A stretch of 64,000 nucleotides of DNA from Sulfurospirillum sp. GTDB lineage: Bacteria > Campylobacterota > Campylobacteria > Campylobacterales > Sulfurospirillaceae. Below are positions 42,806 to 52,502 of this stretch, piece after piece. Under the pieces are notes generated by a model, which ran no database searches, had not been told where the DNA came from, and saw nothing but the letters and a program-made list of their open reading frames with translations. The stretch is from NCBI GenBank assembly GCA_045047115.1, contig JASFYR010000005.1, forward strand, positions 45,660 through 109,659, in the 5' to 3' direction. Both the position numbers and the translations under genes were made by a program. Numbering within the stretch: the stretch's first letter is position 1; each line of letters opens with the position of its first letter.

Positions 42806-43563
42806 AGTTAATACTTGCACAAATATCACCAAAACTCAAAAAAATATCACCTGATGAATTTCATATATATCTCAGTGATATTGATAAAAGAGTTGATTTG
42901 GTACTTTTCCCGGAATTGGCACTAAATGGCTACATGTTAAAAGATGCAGTTTTTGAAGATGCTTATACCTTAAATGAAATCAAAGAATTTGCTGGGTTAT
43001 CACAATCTTTTGATTTGGTTTTTGGTGCTGTATTAAAAGAGGATAATAAGTTTTACAATAGTGCATTTTATTGTTCAAATGGAAAAATTTTAAATGTACA
43101 TAAAAAAACTGCACTTCCAAATTATGGACTCTTTCAGGAAGCTCGTTTTTTCTTTAAGGGTGAAGATATAAAGTCATTTGAAACAAAATTTGGAAAAACC
43201 TTTGTTGTTATTTGTGAAGAGTTGTATAATGCTCATATTATCGCTAAAATTGCAGATGAAAAGCCGGATTTTGTGATTGTAATTTCAAATTCTCCATCAA
43301 GAGGTTTTGAGAACGACGGACTTTTAATACAAAAACAGTGGGAATCTTTGCTTTGCTCTACTGCGCTTTTGAGCGGAGCCAATGTTGCATTCGTAAACCG
43401 GGTAGGTTTTGAAGATGGCCTGGGTTTTTGGGGAGGATCTTGTTTGATAAACCCAAAAGCGCAAATCATCAAAAGAGCAAAGCTCTTTGAGAAAGAAGAG
43501 TTGATGGTAGATGTGGATAAAAAACTCTCGGATACTCAAAAATATTTACTCAGAGAGTATTAG
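42802..43563 (+). CDS. Nitrilase-family carbon-nitrogen hydrolase resembling the NadE glutaminase domain
   Basis: FPEL, HKKTALPNYGLFQEARFF, ICEE, VNRVG, FWGGS. Confidence 0.88.
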   Translation: MKLILAQISPKLKKISPDEFHIYLSDIDKRVDLVLFPELALNGYMLKDAVFEDAYTLNEIKEFAGLSQSFDLVFGAVLKEDNKFYNSAFYCSNGKILNVHKKTALPNYGLFQEARFFFKGEDIKSFETKFGKTFVVICEELYNAHIIAKIADEKPDFVIVISNSPSRGFENDGLLIQKQWESLLCSTALLSGANVAFVNRVGFEDGLGFWGGSCLINPKAQIIKRAKLFEKEELMVDVDKKLSDTQKYLLREY

Positions 43564-43571
43564 AAAAGGAC

Positions 43572-43743
43572 ATAAAATGAAATTACAGAGCGTTAGCTCG
43601 TGCTTCAGTCGCGAGGAATTTGTCAGGGGCTTTGCTCCTTACAAAGGGGACAATAAAATGAAATTACAGAGCGTTAGCTCGTGCTTCAGTCGCGAGGAAT
43701 TTGTCAGGGGCTTTGCTCCTTACAAAGGGGATATAAAATGAAA
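43572..43743 (+). repeat. Tandem pair (81 + 80 bp) of the structured intergenic element
   Basis: Units 43572-43652 and 43653-43732 are identical over the first 79 bp. ATAAAATGAAA occurs at 43572, 43653 and 43733. Confidence 0.95.
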
Positions 43744-44439
43744 ATTGCTATTTTAGGAGCTATGCCTGAAGAGGTAGAGCCGTTATTAGATTATTTTGAG
43801 AGTTATAAAACTGTTGAGTATGCTAAAAATAAATTTTATACTCTAACATACAAAGGGTGTGAAATAGTCATTGCTTATAGTAAGATTGGAAAGGTAAATG
43901 CCACCATAACAGCTACAACAATGATAGAAAAATTTGGTTGTGAAAAACTGCTTTTTAGTGGAGTAGCCGGAGCTGTAAGCGATGAGTTGAAAATAGGGGA
44001 TTTGGTAGTAGCTACAAAACTGGCTCAGCATGATTTGGATATATCCGCTTTTGGACATCCTTTTGGATATGTGCCGGAAGGTTCAGTTTATGAAAAAACA
44101 GATAAGTTACTCATAGAGATAGCTAAAGAGGTAGCGTTTGAAAAAAACCTACCCCTAAAAGAGACGGTTATCGCTACTGGAGATCAATTTGTTTGTGATC
44201 CGGATAGAAAAAAATGGATAGAAAAAACTTTTGGAGCCGGTGCTTTAGAGATGGAAGGGGCAGCTGTTGCTCTGGTTTGCAATGCTCTTGATGTACCGTC
44301 TTTTATACTTCGTTCTATCAGTGATGCAGCAGACATGGATGCCGGTTTTGATTTTGACAAATTCTTGGAGTCCTCAGCAAAAATCAGCGCTGGGTTTATA
44401 ATCACTATGGTTGAAAAAATAATTGATAAAACTAAGTAA
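43738..44439 (+). CDS. mtnN: 5'-methylthioadenosine/S-adenosylhomocysteine nucleosidase (Pfs; in this phylum also aminofutalosine nucleosidase)
   Basis: MKIAILGAMPEE, SKIGKVNA, SGVAG, ATGDQF, EMEGAA, RSISD. Start placed at ATG 43738. Confidence 0.95.
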   Translation: MKIAILGAMPEEVEPLLDYFESYKTVEYAKNKFYTLTYKGCEIVIAYSKIGKVNATITATTMIEKFGCEKLLFSGVAGAVSDELKIGDLVVATKLAQHDLDISAFGHPFGYVPEGSVYEKTDKLLIEIAKEVAFEKNLPLKETVIATGDQFVCDPDRKKWIEKTFGAGALEMEGAAVALVCNALDVPSFILRSISDAADMDAGFDFDKFLESSAKISAGFIITMVEKIIDKTK

Positions 44440-45181
44440 AAAACTCCTTAGGATTACGGGTAGAACAAACGCAAGATATAATCTTATAAAAGAGGGAGAC
44501 AGAGTTCTCTTGGGGCTTAGCGGAGGGAAGGATTCGCTGACTCTCGCTCATATATTGAGGCATATACAAAGAGTTGCGCCATTTAAGTTTGAATTCCAAG
44601 CAATAACCATTTCTTATGGCATGGGTGAAAATCTTGAGATACTGCAGGATTATTGCAAAAAAAATGATATCCCTCATTTGGTACACGATACTAAAATATA
44701 TGATTTAGCCAAAGAAAAGATAAGAGAAAATTCATCATTTTGCAGCTTTTTTTCACGTATGAGAAGGGGTGCATTGTATAGTTATGCGCTTGAAAATGGG
44801 TATAACAAGCTAGCTCTTGGTCATCATCTTGATGATGCAGTGGAGAGTTTTTTTATGAACTTTTCTTACAATGGAGCCCTTCGCTCAATACCTCCAATAT
44901 ATAAGGCCAAAAATGGCATAGAAGTAATTCGTCCACTTATACATGTAAGAGAAAGGCAACTCATAGATCAAGCACATGTTGTCGATATGCCTCTTATAAG
45001 TGATGAATCATGCCCTAGCATGAGATTTGATGTCAAAATGCCAACCAGCAGAGCAAAAACAAAAGAGATGCTAAAAAAGATGGAAGAAGACAATCATGCT
45101 CTTTTTACATCTCTCAAGAAAGCATTTGAAAATATAAATTTATCTAGTTTTTGTGAAGAGGAATACTTGGATAGACTTTAG
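44423..45181 (+). CDS. ttcA: TtcA family PP-loop tRNA modification ATPase
   Basis: SGGKDS, SRMRRG, LGHHLDD, IRPL. Confidence 0.8.
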   Translation: MIKLSKKLLRITGRTNARYNLIKEGDRVLLGLSGGKDSLTLAHILRHIQRVAPFKFEFQAITISYGMGENLEILQDYCKKNDIPHLVHDTKIYDLAKEKIRENSSFCSFFSRMRRGALYSYALENGYNKLALGHHLDDAVESFFMNFSYNGALRSIPPIYKAKNGIEVIRPLIHVRERQLIDQAHVVDMPLISDESCPSMRFDVKMPTSRAKTKEMLKKMEEDNHALFTSLKKAFENINLSSFCEEEYLDRL

Positions 45182-45795
45182 AAGCCTTCGCAAACTATCA
45201 TCCATAGTTTCTCTATGTCTGAGTTGTCAAAAAAGAGTGTGCTTTTATTTTTTAAGAGCTCCTCTACATGTAGAGCTTTAAAACTGCTAGTATATACACA
45301 CTCCTTGTGGGCAGTTAAAAATGCTCTAATTAGAGATACTTCATTTTTAATTCTGTTTTCACACTCAAAACAGATAAAGTCATCGTGTAGTCTCCCCTCG
45401 TACTCTAAAAGTTCGATATATCTTTCAATTGCAACTCTTTTAGAGTTTTGTTTATCCCACAGCCAATATGATTTTTCAATCAAATTAAAATAAAAATCAT
45501 CAATATCATCTACATCTTTAAGGTGTTGATAGAAAAGCTTTATAAATTGTTGCCATATATACATCTTTTCTCTATCTGTGACCCATTTTGTTGCCAAGTG
45601 CAGGATATTTCTCAGCTGTGGAATTTTTGACTTGAGAGAGTGTTGTAATTCAAAATCTATTTTATAGCCTATGTTTACAGTGGAGTGTCTCGCACCATAA
45701 AACCTGTAGGCTGTATATTTTTTGTTTTTAGTTAAAATTGTGATGATTAAATCTTCATCTTTAGCTCTGTTTATGTTGATTATATAGCCTTGCAT
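45178..45795 (-). CDS. recO: Recombination protein RecO (Campylobacterota type)
   Basis: MQGYI, YRFYGARHS, GYKIDF, EYEGRLH, CFEC, AHKEC. Confidence 0.88.
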   Translation of the reverse strand: MQGYIININRAKDEDLIITILTKNKKYTAYRFYGARHSTVNIGYKIDFELQHSLKSKIPQLRNILHLATKWVTDREKMYIWQQFIKLFYQHLKDVDDIDDFYFNLIEKSYWLWDKQNSKRVAIERYIELLEYEGRLHDDFICFECENRIKNEVSLIRAFLTAHKECVYTSSFKALHVEELLKNKSTLFFDNSDIEKLWMIVCEGF

Positions 45796-45949
45796 AAGCG
45801 AAATTTTATCGAAAATATCTTTTATTGAAGATTAAGTTTGAAAAAGATAATCAGATGCTTTAAAATGCCTATATAGGGTTATTTACCATATATTAAGTAA
45901 ATTTATTGTATATTCTCTACTCTTAAATCTTAAAATAATATAATAAAAG

Positions 45950-48900
45950 GTGGCTATTTTGGATCTTATAACTAGCTTTAAAGATAATTGTGGTTTTGGG
46001 CTACTGGCAAACATAGATAATATTGCAACTTATCAAAATACAACTGATGCAGTCACTGCATTAGAGCGAATGATGCACAGAGGTGCGATAGCAGCAGACG
46101 GAAAGAGCGGGGATGGAAGTGGGCTTCTTTTTTCTCTCCCGAAAGAGTTTATGAAAAAAGTTGCAAAAAAATTAGGCGTTGATCTACCGAGACAGTTTGC
46201 TGTTGGTATGTTATTTATGCAAAATGAATCCCAAAAAGAGATAATTGATAATATTTGTATGAAAAATGACCTAAAAGTTGTTCTTTACAGAGAAGTGCCG
46301 ATAGATACAGATGCATTGGGAAAGCAGGCACTGGAGCTTTTGCCAAAAATAGTACAGGTTTTTGTTGAGCCGTCATCTTTGATTGCTACAAAAAGATTTG
46401 AATCACTTTTGTATTTAACCAGAAGAGAGATAGAAAACAGGCTAAAAGAAGACAAAGACTTTTACATTGCATCATTTTCAAGTGCAGTTATATCCTATAA
46501 AGGTTTGGTTATGCCAACCCACATAAAAGAGTTTTATCAAGACCTTAACAATAAAAACTTTAAAACAAAATTTGCACTCTTTCACCAAAGATTTTCTACA
46601 AATACTCTACCACAATGGAAACTAGCTCAGCCTTTTAGAACTTTGGCACATAATGGCGAGATAAACTCTATATCTGCAAATCGAGCAAATATCAAAGCAA
46701 GATACAGCACTTTGAAAAGTTCTGTATTTTCCGATAAAGAACTTAGCAAACTATTCCCTATTACAAACGATAGTGTGAGTGATAGTGCAAGCTTGGACAA
46801 TATGTTTGAATTTATGATTGCCAACGGATATGATTTTTTCAAATCAATCAGATCTCTGATACCTATGCCTTGGCAAAATGCACCTTATATTGATAGTGAA
46901 TTAAGATCTTTTTATGAGTATTCTAGTATAAATTTTGATCCTTGGGATGGACCGGCTGCTGTCTCTTTTACTGACGGAAGATATGTAGCATGTGTTTTGG
47001 ACAGAAACGGTTTGAGACCGGCAAAATACATCATAACAAAGGATAACAGGATTGTTATCACAAGTGAATACGGAGTCTTGGATATATCGGATTCAGATAT
47101 AAAAGAGCAGGGAAGACTGCAAAGTGGTCAGATAATTGGCTTGGATCTGAAATACAACAAAGTTTTAAAAAGCAAAGATATAGACAATTATATAAAATCA
47201 TCAAAACCTTATGGAACATGGTTAAATGAAAACCTGATTTATCTTCAAGAGTATGTTGAGATGCCGTTTGAAAAAGTGAGTGATTATGAAAAAGAAGATC
47301 TTGTGTACTCTCAGAGATTTTTCAATGTAACCCAAGAGTTTTTAAATATGGTTATAGCCCCCATGATGAAAGACGCTAAAGAAGGCGTGGGTTCCATGGG
47401 GGATGATACACCTTTAGCTGCATTTAGTAAAAAACAGAGGAGTTTTAGCGACTTTTTTAAGCAAAAGTTTGCACAGGTGACAAACCCACCGATAGATCCG
47501 TTAAGAGAAAAAATTGTTATGAGTCTAAATACGGGTTTTGGAAAATTGAGTAATATATTGGATGAAACCCCAGAACATGCTGTTAGAATCAAAACTATTT
47601 CTCCGATATTGATGCAAGAAAAAATAGAAGTTTTGAAGTCATTTGGAGATAAAAGCAAACCTAGATATATGCCATCTTACAAATCTCAAACTTTTTCAAC
47701 ACTTTTTGAAGACAATCTAAAAGGAAGTTTGGAAGATTTGGCTTATGATGTTGTTGAGGCTGTTAAAAATGATGGTGTCACGATGGTCTATCTTGACGAT
47801 AGAGGTATGGATGACACAAACAAACCGATGCCAATGCTTATGTGCATAGGTAAAATTCATGAAGTCTTGCTTGATGAGGGCATAAGAGATGTTGCCAGTA
47901 TCATAGCAATATCCGGTGAAGCTCTTGATTCGCACTCTTGTGCCTGCATGATAGGATTTGGTGCAAGTGCTATATACCCGTATATGTTATATGCCAGCGT
48001 ACTAGAGGAGGCAAAAAGAAGAGGTTTTGGCAAATATGAGATAAAAACAAGCTTGAAAAATGCCAGTCATGCTATAAATCAGGGTTTACTAAAAATAATC
48101 TCTAAAATGGGAATTGCCACTATATCTTCATACAGAAATTCCGCACTTTTTGACAGCATTGGTCTTGCAAGAGAGATTGTTGAAGACTGTTTTAATGGTG
48201 TACATGCACTGCTTCCGGGACTTGGATATGATGATATAGAAGAGAAGATAAACTTTAATCATAAAAACGCCTTTGATATAGATATAAATAAAAGGCTTTT
48301 TCCTTTGGAAATTGGAGGTTTTTATAAATACCTGGATGGAAACGAGTATCATGATTTTAATCCAAAAGTTGTAAAAGCTATACATAAATTGGCTAAAAAC
48401 GGTCAAAGAGAAGATTATAATGCTTTGGTTGAGCTGGTAAACAATAGAGATAAAAAAGTTATACGAGATTTTCTAGAACTATCATCTGATAGAGATCCAA
48501 TTGATATAGAAGAGGTTGAGCCGATAGAGAGTATATTTAAAAGATTTAATACCGCTGCAATGAGTCTGGGATCTATCTCGCCAGAAGCTCATGAAGCCTT
48601 GGCGGAAGCTATGAATAGATTGGGTGGTATGTCAAACTCAGGAGAAGGGGGAGAGGCAACAGACAGACTCAAGAGCATCAAAAGATCTAAAATAAAACAA
48701 ATAGCAAGCGGTAGATTTGGTGTTACACCAGAATACCTAAGAAGTGCTGAAGAGATACAGATAAAAGTAGCCCAAGGTGCAAAGCCAGGTGAGGGCGGAC
48801 AGCTTCCGGGACACAAAGTTTCATCTCTTATCGCAAGTCTCAGATATACAATTCCTGGAGTTACACTCATCTCTCCCCCTCCTCATCATGATATCTACTC

Positions 48901-50383
48901 TATAGAGGATTTGGCACAGCTGATTTTTGATCTCAAACAGATAAATCCGGATGCCGTCATCACAGTCAAGCTGGTTTCTACTGCCGGAGTCGGAACCATC
49001 GCTGCAGGAGTTGCAAAAGCCTATGCAGATAAGATTATCATCTCCGGAGGTGATGGAGGAACAGGAGCCGCGCCGCTCAGCTCTATAAAATTTGCAGGAA
49101 ATCCTTGGGAGTTAGGTCTAAGTGAAGCACACAATGCTTTAAAGGCAAACCATCTTAGAGGTAAAGTACATCTGCAGACAGATGGTGGTCTAAAAACAGG
49201 TTTGGATGTTATAAAAGCAGCACTTTTGGGAGCTGAAAGTTATGCTTTTGGAACTTTAGCCCTGACGATGCTTGGATGCAAGATTTTAAGGATATGTCAC
49301 CTAAATAAATGTTCTGTTGGCGTAGCTACTCAGGATAAAAAGCTTAGGGAATTTTTTATGGGCAATGTAGATAAACTGATAAATTTCTTTACCTATTTAG
49401 CTCAAGATATTAGAGAGATACTCGCAAGTCTCGGATACAAAAGTATCGAGGAGATAGTCGGCAGAAGTGATCTTTTAAAAGTTATAGAAGAAAAAATGGC
49501 TAAAAAGTTTGACTTTTCATCTGTTCTTATGAGGATAGATGGGGAGGACACTCACTCAAAACTTCCAAATGAACCATATGATAAAAATGAGTATGAAAAG
49601 AAGATTTTAAAAGAGGTCTATAAGGCCATACAAAACCCGGAACAAAAAGTTGTCATACATAAAGATATTCAAAATATCAATAGAAGTTTTGGTACACTTA
49701 TAAGTGGCGAAATTGCAAAATATTATGGAAATGTCGGTCTAAAAGAGGATAGTATAATTTTCAAATTAAAAGGCACAGCAGGGCAGTCTCTTGGGGCGTT
49801 TTTAACAAATGGGATAAAGATAGATTTGAGAGGTTCGGCAAATGATTATATCGGTAAAGGTATGAATGGAGGAAAAATTGTCATAACCCCAACTTTCCAA
49901 AGAGAGGATTACGCCTGTGCCGGAAATACCTGTCTTTACGGAGCAACTGGTGGAAAGCTCTATATCGCAGGTATAGTCGGCGAGAGATTTTGCGTAAGAA
50001 ACTCTGGCGCCACAGTAGTTGTTGAGGGAACAGGAGATAACGCCTGCGAATACATGACGGGAGGAATCGTTGCTATTTTAGGAAGCACTGGAGTTAATTT
50101 TGGTGCAGGTATGACAGGAGGAATTGCTTTTGTATATGATAAAGAGAGAGAATTTATAGACAAACTAAATCAAGAGTTGGTTATAGCTGTTAGAGTAGAT
50201 ATAGACGAGAAGGATGAAGCAAAACACTTTTTAAAAAAATTATTGAGATCTCATATAAATGAGACAGACAGTGTAAAAGCAAAAGCAATACTGGAAGATT
50301 TCAGGCACAATGTGAGAGATTTTTGGATGGTAATGCCAAAAGATATGACTAAGATACCATTAAATCCAGATGAGGGAGACTAA
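45950..50383 (+). CDS. gltB: Glutamate synthase large subunit
   Basis: DNCGFG, HQRFSTNT, AHNGEIN, NSGEGG, QGAKPGEGGQLPG, CHLNKCSVGVATQ. TTG 45959 is an alternative start. Confidence 0.98.
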   Translation: MAILDLITSFKDNCGFGLLANIDNIATYQNTTDAVTALERMMHRGAIAADGKSGDGSGLLFSLPKEFMKKVAKKLGVDLPRQFAVGMLFMQNESQKEIIDNICMKNDLKVVLYREVPIDTDALGKQALELLPKIVQVFVEPSSLIATKRFESLLYLTRREIENRLKEDKDFYIASFSSAVISYKGLVMPTHIKEFYQDLNNKNFKTKFALFHQRFSTNTLPQWKLAQPFRTLAHNGEINSISANRANIKARYSTLKSSVFSDKELSKLFPITNDSVSDSASLDNMFEFMIANGYDFFKSIRSLIPMPWQNAPYIDSELRSFYEYSSINFDPWDGPAAVSFTDGRYVACVLDRNGLRPAKYIITKDNRIVITSEYGVLDISDSDIKEQGRLQSGQIIGLDLKYNKVLKSKDIDNYIKSSKPYGTWLNENLIYLQEYVEMPFEKVSDYEKEDLVYSQRFFNVTQEFLNMVIAPMMKDAKEGVGSMGDDTPLAAFSKKQRSFSDFFKQKFAQVTNPPIDPLREKIVMSLNTGFGKLSNILDETPEHAVRIKTISPILMQEKIEVLKSFGDKSKPRYMPSYKSQTFSTLFEDNLKGSLEDLAYDVVEAVKNDGVTMVYLDDRGMDDTNKPMPMLMCIGKIHEVLLDEGIRDVASIIAISGEALDSHSCACMIGFGASAIYPYMLYASVLEEAKRRGFGKYEIKTSLKNASHAINQGLLKIISKMGIATISSYRNSALFDSIGLAREIVEDCFNGVHALLPGLGYDDIEEKINFNHKNAFDIDINKRLFPLEIGGFYKYLDGNEYHDFNPKVVKAIHKLAKNGQREDYNALVELVNNRDKKVIRDFLELSSDRDPIDIEEVEPIESIFKRFNTAAMSLGSISPEAHEALAEAMNRLGGMSNSGEGGEATDRLKSIKRSKIKQIASGRFGVTPEYLRSAEEIQIKVAQGAKPGEGGQLPGHKVSSLIASLRYTIPGVTLISPPPHHDIYSIEDLAQLIFDLKQINPDAVITVKLVSTAGVGTIAAGVAKAYADKIIISGGDGGTGAAPLSSIKFAGNPWELGLSEAHNALKANHLRGKVHLQTDGGLKTGLDVIKAALLGAESYAFGTLALTMLGCKILRICHLNKCSVGVATQDKKLREFFMGNVDKLINFFTYLAQDIREILASLGYKSIEEIVGRSDLLKVIEEKMAKKFDFSSVLMRIDGEDTHSKLPNEPYDKNEYEKKILKEVYKAIQNPEQKVVIHKDIQNINRSFGTLISGEIAKYYGNVGLKEDSIIFKLKGTAGQSLGAFLTNGIKIDLRGSANDYIGKGMNGGKIVITPTFQREDYACAGNTCLYGATGGKLYIAGIVGERFCVRNSGATVVVEGTGDNACEYMTGGIVAILGSTGVNFGAGMTGGIAFVYDKEREFIDKLNQELVIAVRVDIDEKDEAKHFLKKLLRSHINETDSVKAKAILEDFRHNVRDFWMVMPKDMTKIPLNPDEGD

Positions 50384-50388
50384 TTTAG

Positions 50389-51774
50389 ATGCAAGAATTT
50401 ATAAATGTAGAGAGGGTTAGTGCAAAATGCAGAGAGAGTAGCGATCGCATAGAGGATTTTAGAGAGATATATGATATATTGGGCAAAGAGGATGCATCTG
50501 TCCAGGCAAGTAGATGTATTCAGTGCGGTGATCCATATTGTCACAATAAATGTCCTTTGCACAACTATATACCGTATTGGTTGAAATCAACAGCAAATAT
50601 GGATTTGAACCTCTCTTTTAAACTATCAAATGAATCAAACCCTTTTCCCGAAATCACAGGTAGGATTTGTCCACAAGGAAGATTGTGTGAGGGTGATTGT
50701 ACTCTAAATGATGGTCATGGTGCTATTACAATCGGAAATATCGAGACATTTATCTCTGAAGAGGGTTTCAAAAAGGGTATGAAGCCGGAATTTCCAGGGA
50801 TTACAACCGATAAAAAAGTGGCTATTATCGGCAGTGGGCCTGCTGGAATCTCAGCTGCTACTTATCTTCTAAGGGCTGGAATTAAAGTAAATATGTATGA
50901 GAAAGACGCTAGGGCAGGAGGGCTTTTGACATATGGAATACCAGGATTTAAATTGGATAAAATGGTAGTTAAGAGAAGAATTGATTGGCTGATTGAAGCC
51001 GGTATGAGTCTGTATACTGATACAAGCATAGGCAAAGATATAACTTTTGATGAAATTGTAAGCTCAAATGATAGTGTTTTTATAGGAATAGGGGCGCAAA
51101 AATCAAGAAAAGCAAAAATCAATAATGAAAATGCACAAAATGTTTTTATGGCTATTGATTATCTAAGGTCAATACAAAAAAAACTATTTGGCGAAGAATA
51201 TGACGAAAAGTTTGATGTCAAAAATAAAAATGTTGTAGTTATTGGTGGTGGAGATACGGCTATGGACTGCGTGAGAACTGCTCTGCGGGAAGGAGCAAAA
51301 GAGGTCAGTTGTCTTTATCGTAGAGACAAACACAATATGCCAGGAAGTAAAAAAGAGTTTAAAAACGCCAGAGATGAAGGCGTAAGATTTGTCTATAATG
51401 TAAGTCCAAAAGAGATAATCGTAAACAATAATAACAAGGCTATAGGTATAAGAATGCAAAGAACACTTCTTGGCGAGAAAGACAGTAGTGGAAGAAGCAG
51501 TGTTGAGATTATAAAAGGAAGTGATTTTAGAGTTGATGCAAATATTGTTATATTTGCATTAGGTTTTACACCGACAAAACCAGATTTTTTGGCTTCAAAT
51601 GGCATAGATATAAACAAATGGGGAGAGATAATCGTCGGAGATGATTTTCAAACTACAAAATTGGGAGTTTATGCAGGAGGAGACTGCAAGAGGGGCAGTG
51701 ATTTGGTTGTCACTGCTGCAAAAGAGGGAAAAGATGCGGCTGAGCATATTATAAAGAGTTTATTGGAAGCATGA
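50389..51774 (+). CDS. gltD: Glutamate synthase small subunit
   Basis: RCIQCGDPYC...CP, GRICPQ..LCEG, GSGPAG, GGGDTAMDC. Confidence 0.96.
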   Translation: MQEFINVERVSAKCRESSDRIEDFREIYDILGKEDASVQASRCIQCGDPYCHNKCPLHNYIPYWLKSTANMDLNLSFKLSNESNPFPEITGRICPQGRLCEGDCTLNDGHGAITIGNIETFISEEGFKKGMKPEFPGITTDKKVAIIGSGPAGISAATYLLRAGIKVNMYEKDARAGGLLTYGIPGFKLDKMVVKRRIDWLIEAGMSLYTDTSIGKDITFDEIVSSNDSVFIGIGAQKSRKAKINNENAQNVFMAIDYLRSIQKKLFGEEYDEKFDVKNKNVVVIGGGDTAMDCVRTALREGAKEVSCLYRRDKHNMPGSKKEFKNARDEGVRFVYNVSPKEIIVNNNNKAIGIRMQRTLLGEKDSSGRSSVEIIKGSDFRVDANIVIFALGFTPTKPDFLASNGIDINKWGEIIVGDDFQTTKLGVYAGGDCKRGSDLVVTAAKEGKDAAEHIIKSLLEA

Positions 51775-52496
51775 GAGAGTTTTTAGAAGCGAGTATAGAA
51801 GCAAATAAAGAGATAGCAAAGCTTATAGCCTCTAATAGTCACGAATTTCTTTGCAAAGAGCTGACTTTGGGAGCCGGCGGTGATATAAGCCGTAGAGTAG
51901 ATTTGAAAGCAGAAGAAATTTTTATAAAGTATCTGCAAAAGTTTGGAAATATTCATTCTGAGGAGTGTGGATTTGTACCGGGATTGGCGGAGTTTGATAT
52001 AGTTGTTGATCCGATAGACGGGAGTGATAACTTTGCATCAAATTTTCCCTATTTTGGAACATCGGTAGCTCTAAAATACAAAAACAAATGCATAGCGGCA
52101 GTCATAACAAATCTTGCAAATGGAGATATTTTTTATAAAGACAAAGATCTGTTTCAAAAAGCAAATTTGGATACTCTGATTTTTGAAGATATGAAAAAAA
52201 ACAACATAGCAAAAGTAGGAATTTTTGAACGGGTATATCGCTCGAAAACAATTTTTGGCAAACTTAAAAAAGAGAAGATAAAATTCAGATCCCCCGGAGC
52301 ATTTGCACTCTCTTTAGCCTACGCGCATGATGTAACTTTTGTGGTTTATGAGGGTGATATGAGGGTTTATGATGTAGAAGCCGGACTTTATATGTGTGAT
52401 GATTTATATAAAACTACAGAGAATGGTTTGTTGATTATAAGCAAAGATAAGGAAATTTTCGATAGAATATCCCAATTGTTTAGAAAGGGAGAATAA
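51771..52496 (+). CDS. Inositol monophosphatase / FBPase-like (FIG) family protein
   Basis: GAGGDIS, SEE, VDPIDGSDNF, YDVEAG. Confidence 0.85.
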   Translation: MREFLEASIEANKEIAKLIASNSHEFLCKELTLGAGGDISRRVDLKAEEIFIKYLQKFGNIHSEECGFVPGLAEFDIVVDPIDGSDNFASNFPYFGTSVALKYKNKCIAAVITNLANGDIFYKDKDLFQKANLDTLIFEDMKKNNIAKVGIFERVYRSKTIFGKLKKEKIKFRSPGAFALSLAYAHDVTFVVYEGDMRVYDVEAGLYMCDDLYKTTENGLLIISKDKEIFDRISQLFRKGE

Positions 52497-52502
52497 AATA
52501 TT

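Noticed and set aside
43511..43576. 76-aa ORF starting inside the nitrilase gene
   Set aside because: It overlaps a real gene out of frame. Only the part from ATG 43577, which has an SD, is plausible.
43681..43737. N-terminal extension of MtnN from GTG 43681 (ORF track)
   Set aside because: It lies inside the repeat. The family start MKIAILGAM with an SD is at 43738.
43572..43743. CRISPR array
   Set aside because: The units are identical end to end with no unique spacers, and no cas genes are in the window.
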